Source of the DNA: an uncultured Nitrososphaerales archaeon
GTDB lineage: Archaea; Thermoproteota; Nitrososphaeria; Nitrososphaerales; Nitrososphaeraceae
NCBI GenBank assembly: GCA_963709405.1
Contig: CAVPXM010000026.1
Coordinates: 1 to 64,000 of the forward strand
Direction of reading: 5' to 3'
Length of the DNA: 64,000 nt
This document shows positions 35,843 through 47,674 of this stretch, piece after piece. The notes below the pieces were generated by a model, which saw only the letters and a program-made list of their open reading frames with translations, was not told where the DNA came from and did not search any database. The position numbers were made by a program, and so were the translations under genes. Numbering within the stretch: the stretch's first letter is position 1; each line of letters starts with the position of its first letter.

Positions 35843-38504
35843 ATGGTATTGACCGCTCCAAAGTTATTGTCCAATTACAGATGTCCGAATTGTGGCTCTT
35901 TAACCTCAGTTGTTGCTAGTAGGATCTATAGCGGAGGGCTGATTTTTGTTTGTGGCAGATGCAGTATTTGTGGTGTTGTTAGATCGATAGACAATCAAGA
36001 TGAAGCATATTTAGAATTCTTGGATATGTACGATAATGGACAAACCTCTAAACTACAGGATTTGGAATCATTAAGAGATCAAGAAAAATTTTTACGACCA
36101 ACATCTGAAATAGACTCTTTACTATATTGCAATCACGCAAAGGAAAACGAATTGCTCAAGACAATACTCTACTCTAAGAAAGATTATATTGTTGACTTTC
36201 GAGTATTTCAAGAATCTACACCCGAAACAGGAGGTGAACTTGAGCTTCTCCCCCTTGATGAAGGAATACTTGAAGCTCTATCTGCAAAGAATATCAAGAA
36301 GCTTTACAAATTTCAAGAGGAGTCAATTAAACAAGTCTTAAGAGGAAAGGATGTTGTGATTGTTGCTCCAACTGCTTCAGGTAAGACAGAGGCCTTCTGT
36401 ATCCCTATAATACAAAAAATCTCTGAGGAAATCCCACACTTTTCTTCGTTAAGGTCCAAAAATATTAGAGGAAACGAAAAGGTGTTTGCAGTTTTTGTAT
36501 ATCCGACTAAGGCATTGGCACGAGACCAGTTACCAAAAATAAGACAAATAGGCAGCAAATCTGGGAATAAATGTGAACATATTTGATGGAGACACTACGA
36601 TGGTCGACAGAGATTCAATAATCACCACCTCAGTTCCAGAAATCATTATTACAAATTTCGATGTAATACATTACCATTTACTTAACAGGACACGATTTTC
36701 ACGTATAATTAAAACCGCGAGGTTTTTAGTTGTTGATGAGGCTCATGTCTATACTGGTGTATTTGGAGCAAATATCCATCATGTCATAAAAAGATTTCAA
36801 AGACTAACTAACTCATCAAGACACAGGGGAAAACTCCAAATAATTGCTGCTTCTGCCACTTTGTCAAATGCCAAAGAATTCTGCAAGCAATTATTCGATA
36901 GAGAAATGGACTTGATATACGGTACAGGCAGGAAGGGTAGAATAAACTTCGTTATCATGTTTCCATCATTACACTCACAAAGATCGTTGATACTTGATTT
37001 GCTAAAGCAGACTACTACGAGAAAACATAAAACTATCGCCTTTAGTAAATCTCATTTGTCTTCAGAACTCTTGGCCTTTTATTCATCAAAACAAGGTATA
37101 TCAATAAAAGTACATAGAGCGGGTTTACTAGCAACTGTGAGAAAGTCTGTGGAAGAATCATTTAAGAATGGTAAATTGATGGCGATCTCTGCGACCCCAA
37201 CGTTAGAGCTTGGTATAGATATTGGAGACGTTGATGTTGTCATCTCAGACATTGTACCTGTCAACAGACTGATTCAAAGGTTGGGAAGGGCCGCAAGAAG
37301 TGGTCAGGAGGGATATGCATTTCTTGCTTTAGGTAACGATCCAATAAGCCAATATTACAAGCTACATCCTGATGATTATTTACAAGATCAAGAATTTGCA
37401 TATACTGATCCGAGTAACCCATTTGTAGAAGAATATCAAGTTCTAGCGATGGCATGTGATAAGCCTATATCCATATCCGAATCACCTTCAATAATTACCA
37501 TACTCGATCGGCTTATTTCAAAGGATCTAGTCAGATTATCAAATAGCGTGTTCGTACCTAATTTTAAAAAAGCTATGGAAGTCCTGAGAGAATTCAATAT
37601 AAGAGGAATAGGGACCAGGGTAGGCATATTTTATAATGGAAAATTAATTGGTGAACGCCAGATGCCTCAAGCAATCGAAGAACTTCACGATAATGCAGTA
37701 TATTTCTTGGCTGGAAGAAGGTATCATGTCCAAAAACTACATTTTAGGAATGGTAAGCAAAACAGTCGGATGCAAGAACAACAGGAACAACTACAACAAC
37801 AGTCTGTGCCCTACGCTGAGCTGAAATCTATTCCCAATGACTACCCATACTATACAAGAGCAATAGTTAATGAATTTCCTACTATTTTGGAAATTCATGA
37901 TCAAAAAATGAGTTACGGTCTAGAAGTCAAGTATTGTTCTTTAAGAATTCAAAAGAAAGTGATCGGCTATTCGAACGTAGAAGTTGGTAAAGAAGCATTA
38001 CAAGGGACCAAAATAATGCTTGAAAATCCCATAGAATTTGAATTTATATCGAAAGGATTGGTTTTTAAGGCGCCTATTCCAGAATCCGTTGCAAAATCTG
38101 CACAAGATGAACAATATGTAGAAATGAGTGGTTATCATGCCTCAGAACACGTCATAATCGAAGGAAGCTCAATGATAACAGGAGGAGCGTCTCAGGATTT
38201 GGGTGGAATATCACTTGGCTCTACAGGTTCAATATTTATCTACGATGGGAGTGTAGGTGGAAATGGTGCCAGTAGGGTTTTATATGACAAATTTGATAAA
38301 GCGATTGCAAGAGCATTAACGATATTATCTGATTGTCCGTGTATGAGTGAAAGTGGTTGTCCCAGATGTACTTACTCTTACAGATGCGGAAACAATAATG
38401 AATACTTGCACAAGGCGTCGGCTACAGAGATATTGAATAGAATTGTAAATGGCGAACAAACGCGAATAGGAGACACTACAATTATAGATAAGCCCTTGGT
38501 CTGA
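35843..38504 (+). CDS. DEAD/DEAH SF2 helicase with a C-terminal DUF1998 Zn domain (Hrq1/MrfA-like), frameshift near 36560
   Basis: N-terminal CxxC pairs, APTASGKT, DEAH, SAT, TLELGIDIG, QRLGRAAR, CPC..GCPRC..C. Confidence 0.92.
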
Positions 38505-38952
38505 TCAAAGTCAAAATTAGGTACAATCGAAAAGAATTGTAGCTTTAATAATAATAATAATAAAGTTGAACATCAACCAACATGGAATATATGCGTATAA
38601 AACTTGGTTTGGCTTGAACTTTTGGTTACATATTGAGAGTGCTTGACCGCTGGTTCAGCACCATCGGCCATTTTGGCAATTATTCCTTAGACGCCGGCTT
38701 CCAGATTGGATCTGAAATGTGACTACTGCAGGAGGACATGGCTACCAGAAGGTACTAAACTTCTGCCGACAAAATAATACTTGCAGAAGAAGCAATTAGT
38801 TATGAATAAGGTAAAGATATCGTATGTGTTTTAACTAATTAATATAAAGTCCATATCATAATATTTTCGCATATTAAGAATATTTTGCACATATCTAAGC
38901 AGTAATATTTATCTTATATGATATATCCTCTTAAGTAGGTGCTAGAAAATAT

Positions 38953-39819
38953 ATGACAGAAACAACTGCTAAACAGTACGCACACCCAGAAGTCTTAGTC
39001 GATATACCATGGGTAGAAAATCACCTCAAAGATCCAAACATTCGGATCGTTGAAGTAGATTATGACCCTGTAGCAAACTATGAGTTAGGGCATATTCCTG
39101 GCTCTGTATTAGTGAACTGGAGGCACGACATAAATGATCCTATAAATAGGAACGTATTAAGCAAACAGGCTTATGAAGAGCTAATGCAAAGGATAGGGGT
39201 CAGTAACGATACAACTCTTGTATTGTACGGTGATTTTAATAATTGGTTTGCTGCATTTGCATTCTGGGTATTCAAGTATTACGGATATAAAGATGTAAGA
39301 ATATTAAATGGCGGTAGAAAGAAATGGTTAGCAGAAGACAAACCTGTAACAAAAGAAATTCCCAACTATCCTAAAGGAAATTTTAGATTAGAACAACAAT
39401 TAGAGCCTGACCAAAATATAAGGACATTTCTTAATTACGTACGTAATACTCTAGGAACAAATACACTAATAGATGTCAGAAGTCCTAAGGAATTTACAGG
39501 AGAAATTACCGCACCTCCGGAATATCCTACAGAACATGCCCAGAGAGGAGGTCACATACCAAATGCTATCAATATTCCATGGGGGCAAGCTGTGAATGAT
39601 GATGATGGAACATTCAAATCGGTCGAAGAATTGAAAAAATTATACGAATCTAAAGATATAACTCCAGATAAGGAAGTCATAACTTACTGTAGAATAGGTG
39701 AAAGGTCTTCACATACTTGGTTTGTTCTTAAATATTTACTAGGATATCCAAACGTAAAGAACTATGATGGTTCATGGACAGAATGGGGAAATATGATAGA
39801 TAATCCGATAGAGAAATAG
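38953..39819 (+). CDS. Thiosulfate sulfurtransferase (two-domain rhodanese)
   Basis: GHIPG, CRIGER active loop, YDGSWTEW signature. Confidence 0.95.
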   Translation: MTETTAKQYAHPEVLVDIPWVENHLKDPNIRIVEVDYDPVANYELGHIPGSVLVNWRHDINDPINRNVLSKQAYEELMQRIGVSNDTTLVLYGDFNNWFAAFAFWVFKYYGYKDVRILNGGRKKWLAEDKPVTKEIPNYPKGNFRLEQQLEPDQNIRTFLNYVRNTLGTNTLIDVRSPKEFTGEITAPPEYPTEHAQRGGHIPNAINIPWGQAVNDDDGTFKSVEELKKLYESKDITPDKEVITYCRIGERSSHTWFVLKYLLGYPNVKNYDGSWTEWGNMIDNPIEK

Positions 39820-40274
39820 AAATAGGCATAAGAAGCAAAATCTAGAAAGGGTTGATCTGCATTCTTTATATCTTTGCATCATCAAATTGGTCGGTAATTG
39901 ATCATATAAGTACACTTATTGATAAAATAGTTTGGCATGAATATCCACTTGATAGATCGGTCGTTCCCATCAGAAGCAGCTAAATGATCTGCCACCCTTT
40001 TTATATACCGTATTAGTTTTAAGGTTTGCATTGAAAGTTAGCTGTCAGTTGTCAATGTGTTACGCCGCCAGACTGGATTGGGATGTCACTATAATTCACA
40101 AAATGACGTAATACGGCTTATGTAAATCCATACATGATTTGTCTAAAACTCAATAAATCTAATACACGCTATGAATACCCCAGAATAGAGCCCAACAAGT
40201 CGAATTCTTGCTTTCGACTCATATCTCATTACATTGGGGAACCGAGAAAGAGATGAAAATTCCTAATGAGAATG

Positions 40275-40621
40275 CAGGTTTGTAAAGACTACTATATCTG
40301 ATCTTGGTTATGCTGATTACTCTGAATATTTTATAGGATATTCTGGCCCTACATACTGGCCTAAAAAAGGACTCTGAGAAAGCCGAAATATTCCGCTAAA
40401 TTGAACGTTATTTAACTTTCCTAAATGTCCATCAATTAGAAAGGCAGGGCGCTGACATACAAACCAAGGTAGAGGAATTGGAAGAATTAAATCAGTCGCT
40501 AAGACAGCGTGATAAAGTGAAAGATGATGCCGTAGCACAATTATCTGATCAGCTTGTCTCTTTATCACCAAGGTTACAAGAGATTGAGAGAAAACTCATG
40601 ATTGAAGTCAACACGCGGTAG
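40275..40621 (+). pseudogene. Tyrosine recombinase C-terminal remnant
   Basis: RFVKTTISDLGYADYSEYFIG..TYW..YLTFL..QLERQGADIQTKVEELEE. It resembles RFVKTVISD..DYSEWFLG at 20128-20190. Confidence 0.8.
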
Positions 40622-41287
40622 CAGGGTATGTTCTAATCTATAGAGATCGTTTTTCGTTGGTTTCGTGGCGAAAATTACCGTGGACGGCAAATCATTGACC
40701 TTCGTTATAGCCTTTCCACCCACAGTCGTTCCCCGAGTGATGAACGTGTTAAATGAGCTGCTGTTTAGATATGGGGCGAATACCTTTGCTGGTCCAGTAA
40801 AAGGTTTACTCAGATCTCTGTTTTCCACTATGACGACAGGATCTTTAGTGGTTACATGAACGCTGATCCTTGACTTCAACAGTACCGGTCCATATCCAAT
40901 TGGAGAACGAGTTTCATTTATGAGATATGAAGAGTATCTTACATTCCTTAAGATAAGAATTCCCTCGACCGGGGATGAGTCGGTCATTCTATCATTGTCA
41001 TGTACAGCAAGGGAGTTACTAAGAGTATACGGATTAGGAGTAATCATGAAGGTAGCATTTGGTAACAAATTATTGGTTCCCATTAGAGTATTCAATATAG
41101 TTATGCTGCCCGTAGGCACATTAGGGCGAGGATTTTGAGATATCTGGGGTACATCTTGCATGTTGACCAAGTTCCCGGGTAGAAAAGGTATTGGGGCGAT
41201 CGTACTTGAAACTGAAATCGCGTTTCTCGTATCCAAATGACCTCGGTTTGATTCATGAGTCAGGCTTTTCGAGCTAGTGTACAGCAT
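40574..41287 (-). CDS. Exported protein with a prealbumin/SpaA-like Ig domain, probably truncated
   Basis: GSITILN..LLPNATFMITP..YLINETRSPIGY. Confidence 0.55.
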   Translation of the reverse strand: MLYTSSKSLTHESNRGHLDTRNAISVSSTIAPIPFLPGNLVNMQDVPQISQNPRPNVPTGSITILNTLMGTNNLLPNATFMITPNPYTLSNSLAVHDNDRMTDSSPVEGILILRNVRYSSYLINETRSPIGYGPVLLKSRISVHVTTKDPVVIVENRDLSKPFTGPAKVFAPYLNSSSFNTFITRGTTVGGKAITKVNDLPSTVIFATKPTKNDLYRLEHTLLPRVDFNHEFSLNLL

Positions 41288-41545
41288 ATTCTTAGCATTT
41301 AAATACTCATCAGCAGTTTGCAGCTATTCCTTACCGCTAATCTTGAGCAGATGCTCCTCCATTATCATCAAAGTCAGAGCCATGACTAGTGCGAATATAC
41401 TCTTGCTCACAGCCGTTAATACATTTTCAGGTTATTTAGGTTAGCGTTTGAGATTAGGCCGTATAACTGTCACTAGAAGTGGGAATATCAACTGGACTTA
41501 TTTTTAACTAGCGTAGCAATTTTCTTATCTATAAGACGCTTTATT

Positions 41546-41680
41546 TGACACGCCTCGTGGTAGACACGCACATAAACTTTTGTCATCGTATTGAGGTGTC
41601 AGTCTATACATTTGATGTCTCATTTTAGAGAATGTTTATACTCTGGCATGCTGCATATCGTCTTAGAACAATTTTTTCTG
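41546..41680 (+). repeat. Repeat family A copy
   Basis: gtcagtctatacatttgatgtctcattttagagaatgtttatactctggcatgctgcatatcgt. Confidence 0.85.
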
Positions 41681-41834
41681 ATCAGAAGCTTGCAGTTGCG
41701 ACAGGCAGGCTCAAGTGGTACAGAGCATGGTCATAATACTACTAAAACCAGTGAGTATTATCCCCTAACTCTCCAATCATATTATTACCACCAACGATAA
41801 TTAAAGGGAGAAGGGCCTCTTCGGTGTACAAAAA

Positions 41835-41905
41835 ATGACACCTGATAAAGTTGCAATCATAACTGGTGGCAGTTCTGGTATTGGAAGGGCAACTGCAGTA
41901 TCAAA
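41835..41905 (+). pseudogene. N-terminal stub of a short-chain dehydrogenase (SDR)
   Basis: MTPDKVAIITGGSSGIGRATAV carries TGxxxGIG and stops where a repeat A copy begins. Confidence 0.75.
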
Positions 41906-41907
41906 CC

Positions 41908-42095
41908 GACAGTCTATACATCTGAAACATTACTTTAGAAAAACGTTTTTAATCTGATATGCTGCATCTCGTATTATAGAACACTCTTTCCGAAATATAA
42001 TATCAGACTTTTCAAGATCTGATATAGTCCGATGTGTTAAAACTTAGTGGATATTAGCAGAATAAAATACATTGATTCATATTGACTAATTATTA
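41908..42095 (+). repeat. Repeat family A copy, headless
   Basis: cagtctatacatctg..taatctgatatgctgcatctcgtatta..tttccga..tccgatgtgttaaaac. Confidence 0.85.
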
Positions 42096-42231
42096 TTGTC
42101 CAATTTGTAGTTAATCCACATTTATACTGTACTATGGCCAAATTGATTGTAGAAATGATTTTCTGGAATAAATTAACTACTCGAGCAAAATAACACGGTA
42201 AGTGATATGATAAACCCAACCTCTTCTATTC

Positions 42232-42486
42232 TTAATTTCCATTCTTCATATTCTTCTGCTGTAATCTATTGCGTCTGACGATTTCCTTGTCAATTTCTTG
42301 CTGTTTTATTTGCTCTCCTCTACGCCCTGGTGTTTTTCCTTCCTGCTGACTCACCTTTCTTCTTTCTTCAGACATCTCATCACCTTGAGAATAGCTGCCA
42401 GCGCCTGGCTGCTTTTTTTTCTTTTGCAGCTCCTGTGCATATCTTTCCCGGAAAGATTGCTCTTCCTCAGTATCATTATTAGACAT
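42232..42486 (-). CDS. Small charged hypothetical protein
   Basis: 84-aa Glu/Lys/Arg/Gln-rich ORF with an ATG start. Confidence 0.6.
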   Translation of the reverse strand: MSNNDTEEEQSFRERYAQELQKKKKQPGAGSYSQGDEMSEERRKVSQQEGKTPGRRGEQIKQQEIDKEIVRRNRLQQKNMKNGN

Positions 42487-42812
42487 ATGCTCTATTTGCT
42501 TTCTATATTATAGCTATATTACTTTTTACTTTCTAAATTCAAAACATTAACAACTTGAGTCAACTTTGTCTTGGATTCCATCCAACCGATGACAACGCTT
42601 CTCTCTCCATATATTATTGTTATACCTTGCTTAATGAATTTTCTAAATCAATGGAACATTGACTTAGCTGTGATGGATAAGAAAGGAAAAATACTACGGA
42701 ATTCCGCTGATACTAAACAACAATAATAATAATAATACACTATCTGATCCTATTTATGAAGATATAACGAGGTTATTTCCAGAGCTTTCTGCTTAATGCA
42801 AAAAAGTCTATC

Positions 42813-43250
42813 CTACTGCGTCACCTCTATTTTTCCTACCATAGTAGGATGTAGTCTACAAAAGTAAGAAAACTCTCCTGTATTTGTAAACTTGTGGGAA
42901 TAAGTTTTAGATGGCGCTATTAGAGATGCTAACCCTGAATCAAATACTTGCCCTGCATTGGGAGTATTAGGTACACCTGACGTAACTGTATGGATATTAT
43001 TATCATTATTAGTCCAAACAACTGTACTGCCAATTTTTATCTTGATATCATTTGGCGAGAATGCTTTGTTCCCCAAGGTAGCTGCTCCTTTTACAATTAC
43101 GATGTCTGTTGCATTACTAGTTGTAGTAGACGAAGCATGTTCTTGTTGCATTCCAGCCATCATTCCATGTTGCTCATTATTAGTGGTTGCACCAGTAATT
43201 GTTGCTGCAGTAGTTGAGGTTATCTTTCCATGTGGATCTGCTTTCTGGAG
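42813..43250 (-). CDS. Cupredoxin (plastocyanin/azurin-like), 5'-truncated
   Basis: FSPNDIKIKIG..WTNND..HTVT, with type-1 Cu ligands in YFCRLHPTM. Confidence 0.9.
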   Translation of the reverse strand, partial: LQKADPHGKITSTTAATITGATTNNEQHGMMAGMQQEHASSTTTSNATDIVIVKGAATLGNKAFSPNDIKIKIGSTVVWTNNDNNIHTVTSGVPNTPNAGQVFDSGLASLIAPSKTYSHKFTNTGEFSYFCRLHPTMVGKIEVTQ

Positions 43251-43731
43251 GAATTCAGATAGATACATTAACCAACCTGAAAGAGGCCCAAGTTTTCACA
43301 CCCCTGCATTTATGCAAGGATATGACTCAGGCTTCAACTCGTGCTCTGTCCATCAATCCAATAATATGTCGTCCTCAAACTCACTCTCTCCAAGCACGGC
43401 GTCAGAATTCCCCGCAATGGCAAACCAGGGCGATCAAGCAAGCTTTGGAGTCGCAATAATTGTTGCAATACTAGTCATTATATCATGTGTAGTACTCGCA
43501 ATAAGAAAACTAATCACAAGAGGTAAACACAGAGAGAGACAGCACTTTTCAGATTCAGTAAAGGAAAGCGTATTAAAGAAACAAAATCATAAGTGTGCAC
43601 GGTGTAAGCATATCCTTAACGTAGTTGACTGGGATCATAAGAATGGAGATAGATCAAATAATAGTGAATCAAATTGTCAGGCATTATGTCCGAATTGTCA
43701 TGCCATAAAAACAAGGAGTAATAGAAAATAG
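43250..43731 (+). CDS. Membrane-anchored HNH endonuclease-domain protein, 5'-truncated
   Basis: TM helix (FGVAIIVAILVIISCVVLAI), then CARC..DWDHKNG..N..SNCQALCPNCH. Confidence 0.8.
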
Positions 43732-43927
43732 CCGTTATTGATTATATTCAGTATGTTCTATCTGGCTGCTGTGTTAAGATTATTTTTATGTAACATTGAG
43801 CAGTTCACAAATATGCGCGCAACTAATTATATCCTCAAAAACAAGTTAGAGCAATTGCTAAATTTGTAAGTAATATGTGATCATGATCTGTTCTTAATTA
43901 TGGACATTAACGAGCCTGAGGATGTCA

Positions 43928-44270
43928 TCATCCCTCTAAACAGTTCTTGTCTAATATAATGCAGCATATGGCGCGCCCCACCATTCTACTACTACTCAAT
44001 CTCTGCTTTATCTTATCATTAATGAGCCATATTCTAAAATCGCGCGACAGATAATTTATCGCAGGTCTTTGACCATTCCATCGTTGTATTATTTTAACTT
44101 CCTGCCCACGCTTCGAATTGATGGTATCAGGAACTCTTACAAGACAGGAGTTTATTGTAGGATTATGTTGAGAATCTCCTTTCTTATTCGTTAGAAACTC
44201 TTCTGCAAACTGCATAAATTTAGATGTCAGATCTTTTCCATCTGACGTTACTGAGTAGAATCTAATGGAA
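43928..44270 (-). pseudogene. Primase-like fragment of the thaumarchaeal primase-PriX family
   Basis: FAEEFLT.KKGD..H.P...SCLVRVP.TINSK..EVKIIQRWNG.RP. Family recognised from memory. Confidence 0.55.
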
Positions 44271-44517
44271 TTCGTGTAGCGTTACTACGTATAGGAGACT
44301 TTATCCGAAAAAGCTGATAATCCTGTAGCAGCCTAAACAGTATGCATGACAGATCTATAAATAGGGACACATTACAATTTCCTGCTTACTATACAGTTAT
44401 GCGTCATCTTCATTCGGATATTGGTCTCCAGTTGAGCTCTCTCGACAGTCCATGAACTTGATTTGTACGATCTTGTCTAGAGCTATTAGACGAGCTTCAT
44501 CATGATGCATTGATTGT

Positions 44518-44620
44518 AATTGGATAGGGATTTACACCCGGGATACCCGGTTAATTTCAACTCTAGAGAAGAATTTAGTGATGTATATAGAAGATTATAA
44601 GACAAAAGTAAATTATAATA
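44518..44620. repeat. Repeat family B, left-arm copy
   Basis: cacccgggatacccggttaatttcaactctagagaagaattt, nearly identical to 57732-57768. Confidence 0.85.
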
Positions 44621-44821
44621 GCTGATTTCTTGACTGCTGCATACGGGCCAGGGCTGAGTGCAATCAGACAGGAAATATTCACGCATCATTTAAAGCCTTT
44701 AAATCAGAAAGCAAATGTGCTTGTAAGCTCTGCTTGATTGATTGACTGATTGATTGATTAATTGAGTAATTTTGAACCGTGTTAATAATTTGCTTTTAAG
44801 GGTGGCCGTGAATTAGAGACA

Positions 44822-45122
44822 ATGAATACTCTAAGCCTATTCGTGATCGTTTTACTGGCCTCGCTGGCAGCCATTGCGTTGGCTGTATTCGTTGCATCTA
44901 ACCCCTTAAGTGTCATGGCAAAAGATAGCGGCACCTTCAGCGGTGACAGTAGCGACAGTAGCGACAGTAGCGACAGTAGCGACAGTAGCGGCGATACCAA
45001 CAGCAATAGCAATGACAATAGCGATCCCGTTGAATCCTGATACTATTATAGAAATGTGGTATAGGCTCGTGCAGGATGACGATAATAACATCAAACCAGA
45101 ACAAGAATACGAAGCTCTCTAG
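44822..45122 (+). CDS. Small exported Ser/Asp-rich protein containing a 9-bp tandem repeat
   Basis: Signal peptide and (gacagtagc)x5 at 44945-44989. A frameshift probably extends it to 45122. Confidence 0.55.
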
Positions 45123-45234
45123 CGATATCTCCAGACTTTTTTGATTATATAGTCTTTACACCTTTACTTCGTGTCGAATACGCTCGCTTTGTTTCTAAAC
45201 TATATTCTTGTGGTGATCAACAACTGATGCTATC

Positions 45235-45765
45235 TCATGATAATATCGGTTCTTTTATTCTAATGCTTTCGATTAATTTCTCAAGATAGCCTAGACATTG
45301 TTCAAAATACGGAATTGCTTTCATATTGGTTTTTGTATAATTAGCTAATACTTCAAAAGCTTCCTGAGAAATTAAGGAATTTCCTAATGAATAATTTCTT
45401 AGTTGCCTTATAGTCCAATACCAGTTACCGTATTGATTTGCCTTATCTAAATCATTTAACAGATCAATACTCTTAGTTTCAGATGATAATGCGCTTTGGA
45501 TTTTGTCTAATTCAATCCTGTCAGATGGGACCGTCAAGCCAAATTTATCGTTTATCTTAAATAGAAGAGAGTCAACCGTTCCAATCATTTGACAAAGAAA
45601 TGAGTCCATCTCTATTTCTGCACTTGTTCGGACTTCGCTTGATGTAAGATCGTTATATCTCAATTCAATATCCTGTAAATTCTTTAAATGTTGTCGGCAG
45701 GCATAAAGCTTAAAGCTTATTCGGTCAGTCTGGAATCTCGAAAAATCTTCAGTAGACAAAATCAC
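45235..45765 (-). CDS. Helical hypothetical protein, HEPN-like (tentative)
   Basis: EMDSFL..D.LL..IN and W..IRQLRN motifs. Confidence 0.6.
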   Translation of the reverse strand: MILSTEDFSRFQTDRISFKLYACRQHLKNLQDIELRYNDLTSSEVRTSAEIEMDSFLCQMIGTVDSLLFKINDKFGLTVPSDRIELDKIQSALSSETKSIDLLNDLDKANQYGNWYWTIRQLRNYSLGNSLISQEAFEVLANYTKTNMKAIPYFEQCLGYLEKLIESIRIKEPILS

Positions 45766-45867
45766 TTATAGAGCTGACTTGTACTCAGCTGATATTTAGT
45801 TTTATTGCAGGATCATTTGTGGCTGAAAAATGATAATAATTTAGTTCTATGAATAAAAAAAGAGGCT

Positions 45868-46265
45868 ATCGTATAGGATGGACTGCGGCGTAACTGCTTC
45901 ATTAAATGGAGAAATGAATGAGCTCATTTCTTATTCTCTTTTTATATTATCTAAGGTATTTGGCGCGGGCGGTCATGACTTATATACAAATAAAGCGTTA
46001 TCTGATCAGTCTCGTTATATATCAAATCTTTGGTCTATAGATCTCACGCTTCATTTCCAAGAATGCTTATAATCTGGCATGCCGCATATCATATTATTAT
46101 AACGCTATTTCCGGGATATTATGGCGGATGTGTTAAAAAATCCGATGTTGTCAGATGTGTTAAACGTACTGCATGTTAACGTAATTAGTATGTTGATTCG
46201 CATCGACCAATTGCTACTATCTATAGATATCATCAATTGGGAGTCGACAGATATTAAGTTCATCA
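45868..46265 (+). repeat. Repeat family A full copy with a 5' extension shared with 54404-54700
   Basis: ggatggactgcggc..catttcttattctctttttata..ggcgcg..tataatctggcatgccgcatatc..ttgctactatctatagatatc. Confidence 0.9.
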
Positions 46266-46498
46266 CGAGTCTTGATAGATAGCCTTGTTGAGCTCAGACT
46301 GGTTTGTATAGCTAATTGGTTGATAATGGAAAAGATGAACAGGCACACGAAAGAAATGATCACGATTATCAATGATTTAAATCTGAAATGGCAAAGGTTG
46401 AGCATTTTAATAAAAATATGGCATACACAAGAGTGCCTCTCCCTCTATAAGTGGTGTATTAGTAGTTATTTAATTGCCTAATTATTATTATCTAATAA

Positions 46499-46699
46499 TT
46501 GTTCACGTCTGAAGAGATCAAAGAAATTTTGAGAAAAAGAATTACAGAAAAGGAGAAGAAGGTAAATCCTCGCCGGTATAATCTAAGGCAAGTAGAAGAT
46601 GCTCTGGCGGAACTAGAGACGTACCAAAGTTTTTTAGCAGATATTACGGATGAAGAGGCTAGACGTGAAATGAATAAGAGTAGGATTAAAAGTTGTTAA
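46499..46699 (+). CDS. Small helical hypothetical protein, paralogue of 27229-27471
   Basis: Shared protein motif and shared upstream sequence. Confidence 0.65.
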   Translation: MFTSEEIKEILRKRITEKEKKVNPRRYNLRQVEDALAELETYQSFLADITDEEARREMNKSRIKSC

Positions 46700-46721
46700 T
46701 CACGCATAGGTGCCACACAAA

Positions 46722-46905
46722 GCGCGCGCCTCATGATAGAAAATACACATTTTATCATCTTAACCAAACGTGAGTCTATACATATGATCTCTCAATCCAG
46801 AAAACCTTTTTAAAGTGATATGTTTCATAATGTAAATAGAAGACGCTATTTCCGATATGGTTATACCTAACTTTACAAGAATCTCATGTCGTCTAAAATG
46901 TTAGT
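46722..46905 (+). repeat. Repeat family A, diverged copy
   Basis: gcgcgcgcctcatgataga..gagtctatacatatg..tagaagacgctatttccgata. Confidence 0.75.
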
Positions 46906-47228
46906 CCGTTAACTATTCTAAAAGGATCCGTCTTAGTGGCAGTCGTGGCGGATCATCTGGTGACGACAATTGAGGATTCTATTTCCAAGCGGCTGAGATA
47001 ACAATCACTTACCATCGGCAAGAGAGATTCAGTAACTAGTAGCAGAAATGATTAAGGAGATCTGGGATAGGATCAGCAATACGCTGCGAAAATGACTAAT
47101 GAGAAACGATAGGTACTATAGTGTCGCTTTGCCAATGTTAGCAAAAGCGACAAGATAGAGACCAGTGATGAAGTCGCAAATCCTATCATATTATCATTGA
47201 AACCAACCTATTCCATGATTTTTCTTAC

Positions 47229-47453
47229 CTACTTACATTGGACATTCATACTAAACGATGTTGAACTTCCAGATCCGGTCTGGTTTTTTTCACAGTTTTC
47301 CGGTAGACCGCTAATTGCGTTGGCCATGTCATGGCCCTTCTTAATCATTTGGTCAATGTTGAGTTCTGCTTTTGCTGTATGGGTGTAGGCTGTCATAGTC
47401 ATAGTTATCGAAATAACAATGGCTATTACGACAATAACAGTGATAGTTACCAT
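47229..47453 (-). CDS. Small secreted protein with a Cys pair
   Basis: Signal peptide, ENCEK..VQCK. Confidence 0.55.
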   Translation of the reverse strand: MVTITVIVVIAIVISITMTMTAYTHTAKAELNIDQMIKKGHDMANAISGLPENCEKNQTGSGSSTSFSMNVQCK

Positions 47454-47674
47454 AGGAAACCTGACGCATTATACCATTTAATATTTGGGATTTATTTATT
47501 TCAGTGTCTGTTATAGAAGAATCTCACCTTCATTTTCATGTCTAGGTATTCCAATGTGTTAGTCTATACTTCTGAGGTCTCATAGTCGAAAAGGTTTTTA
47601 GCGCGGTATTTTTCACACCGTTAATAGAATATCCGATATAATTTGATTGATTTTCGACTACGAGAGCTTATGAT

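Noticed and set aside
42958-43250. N-terminal half of the 257-aa HNH ORF
   Set aside because: It is antisense to the cupredoxin, which carries the convincing motifs.
44945-44989. (gacagtagc)x5 as a regulatory or CRISPR-like repeat
   Set aside because: It is a coding minisatellite for an Asp-Ser-Ser linker.
45235-45765. Active HEPN RNase toxin
   Set aside because: The RNxxxH motif lacks its His (LRNYSLG), and no partner antitoxin is adjacent.
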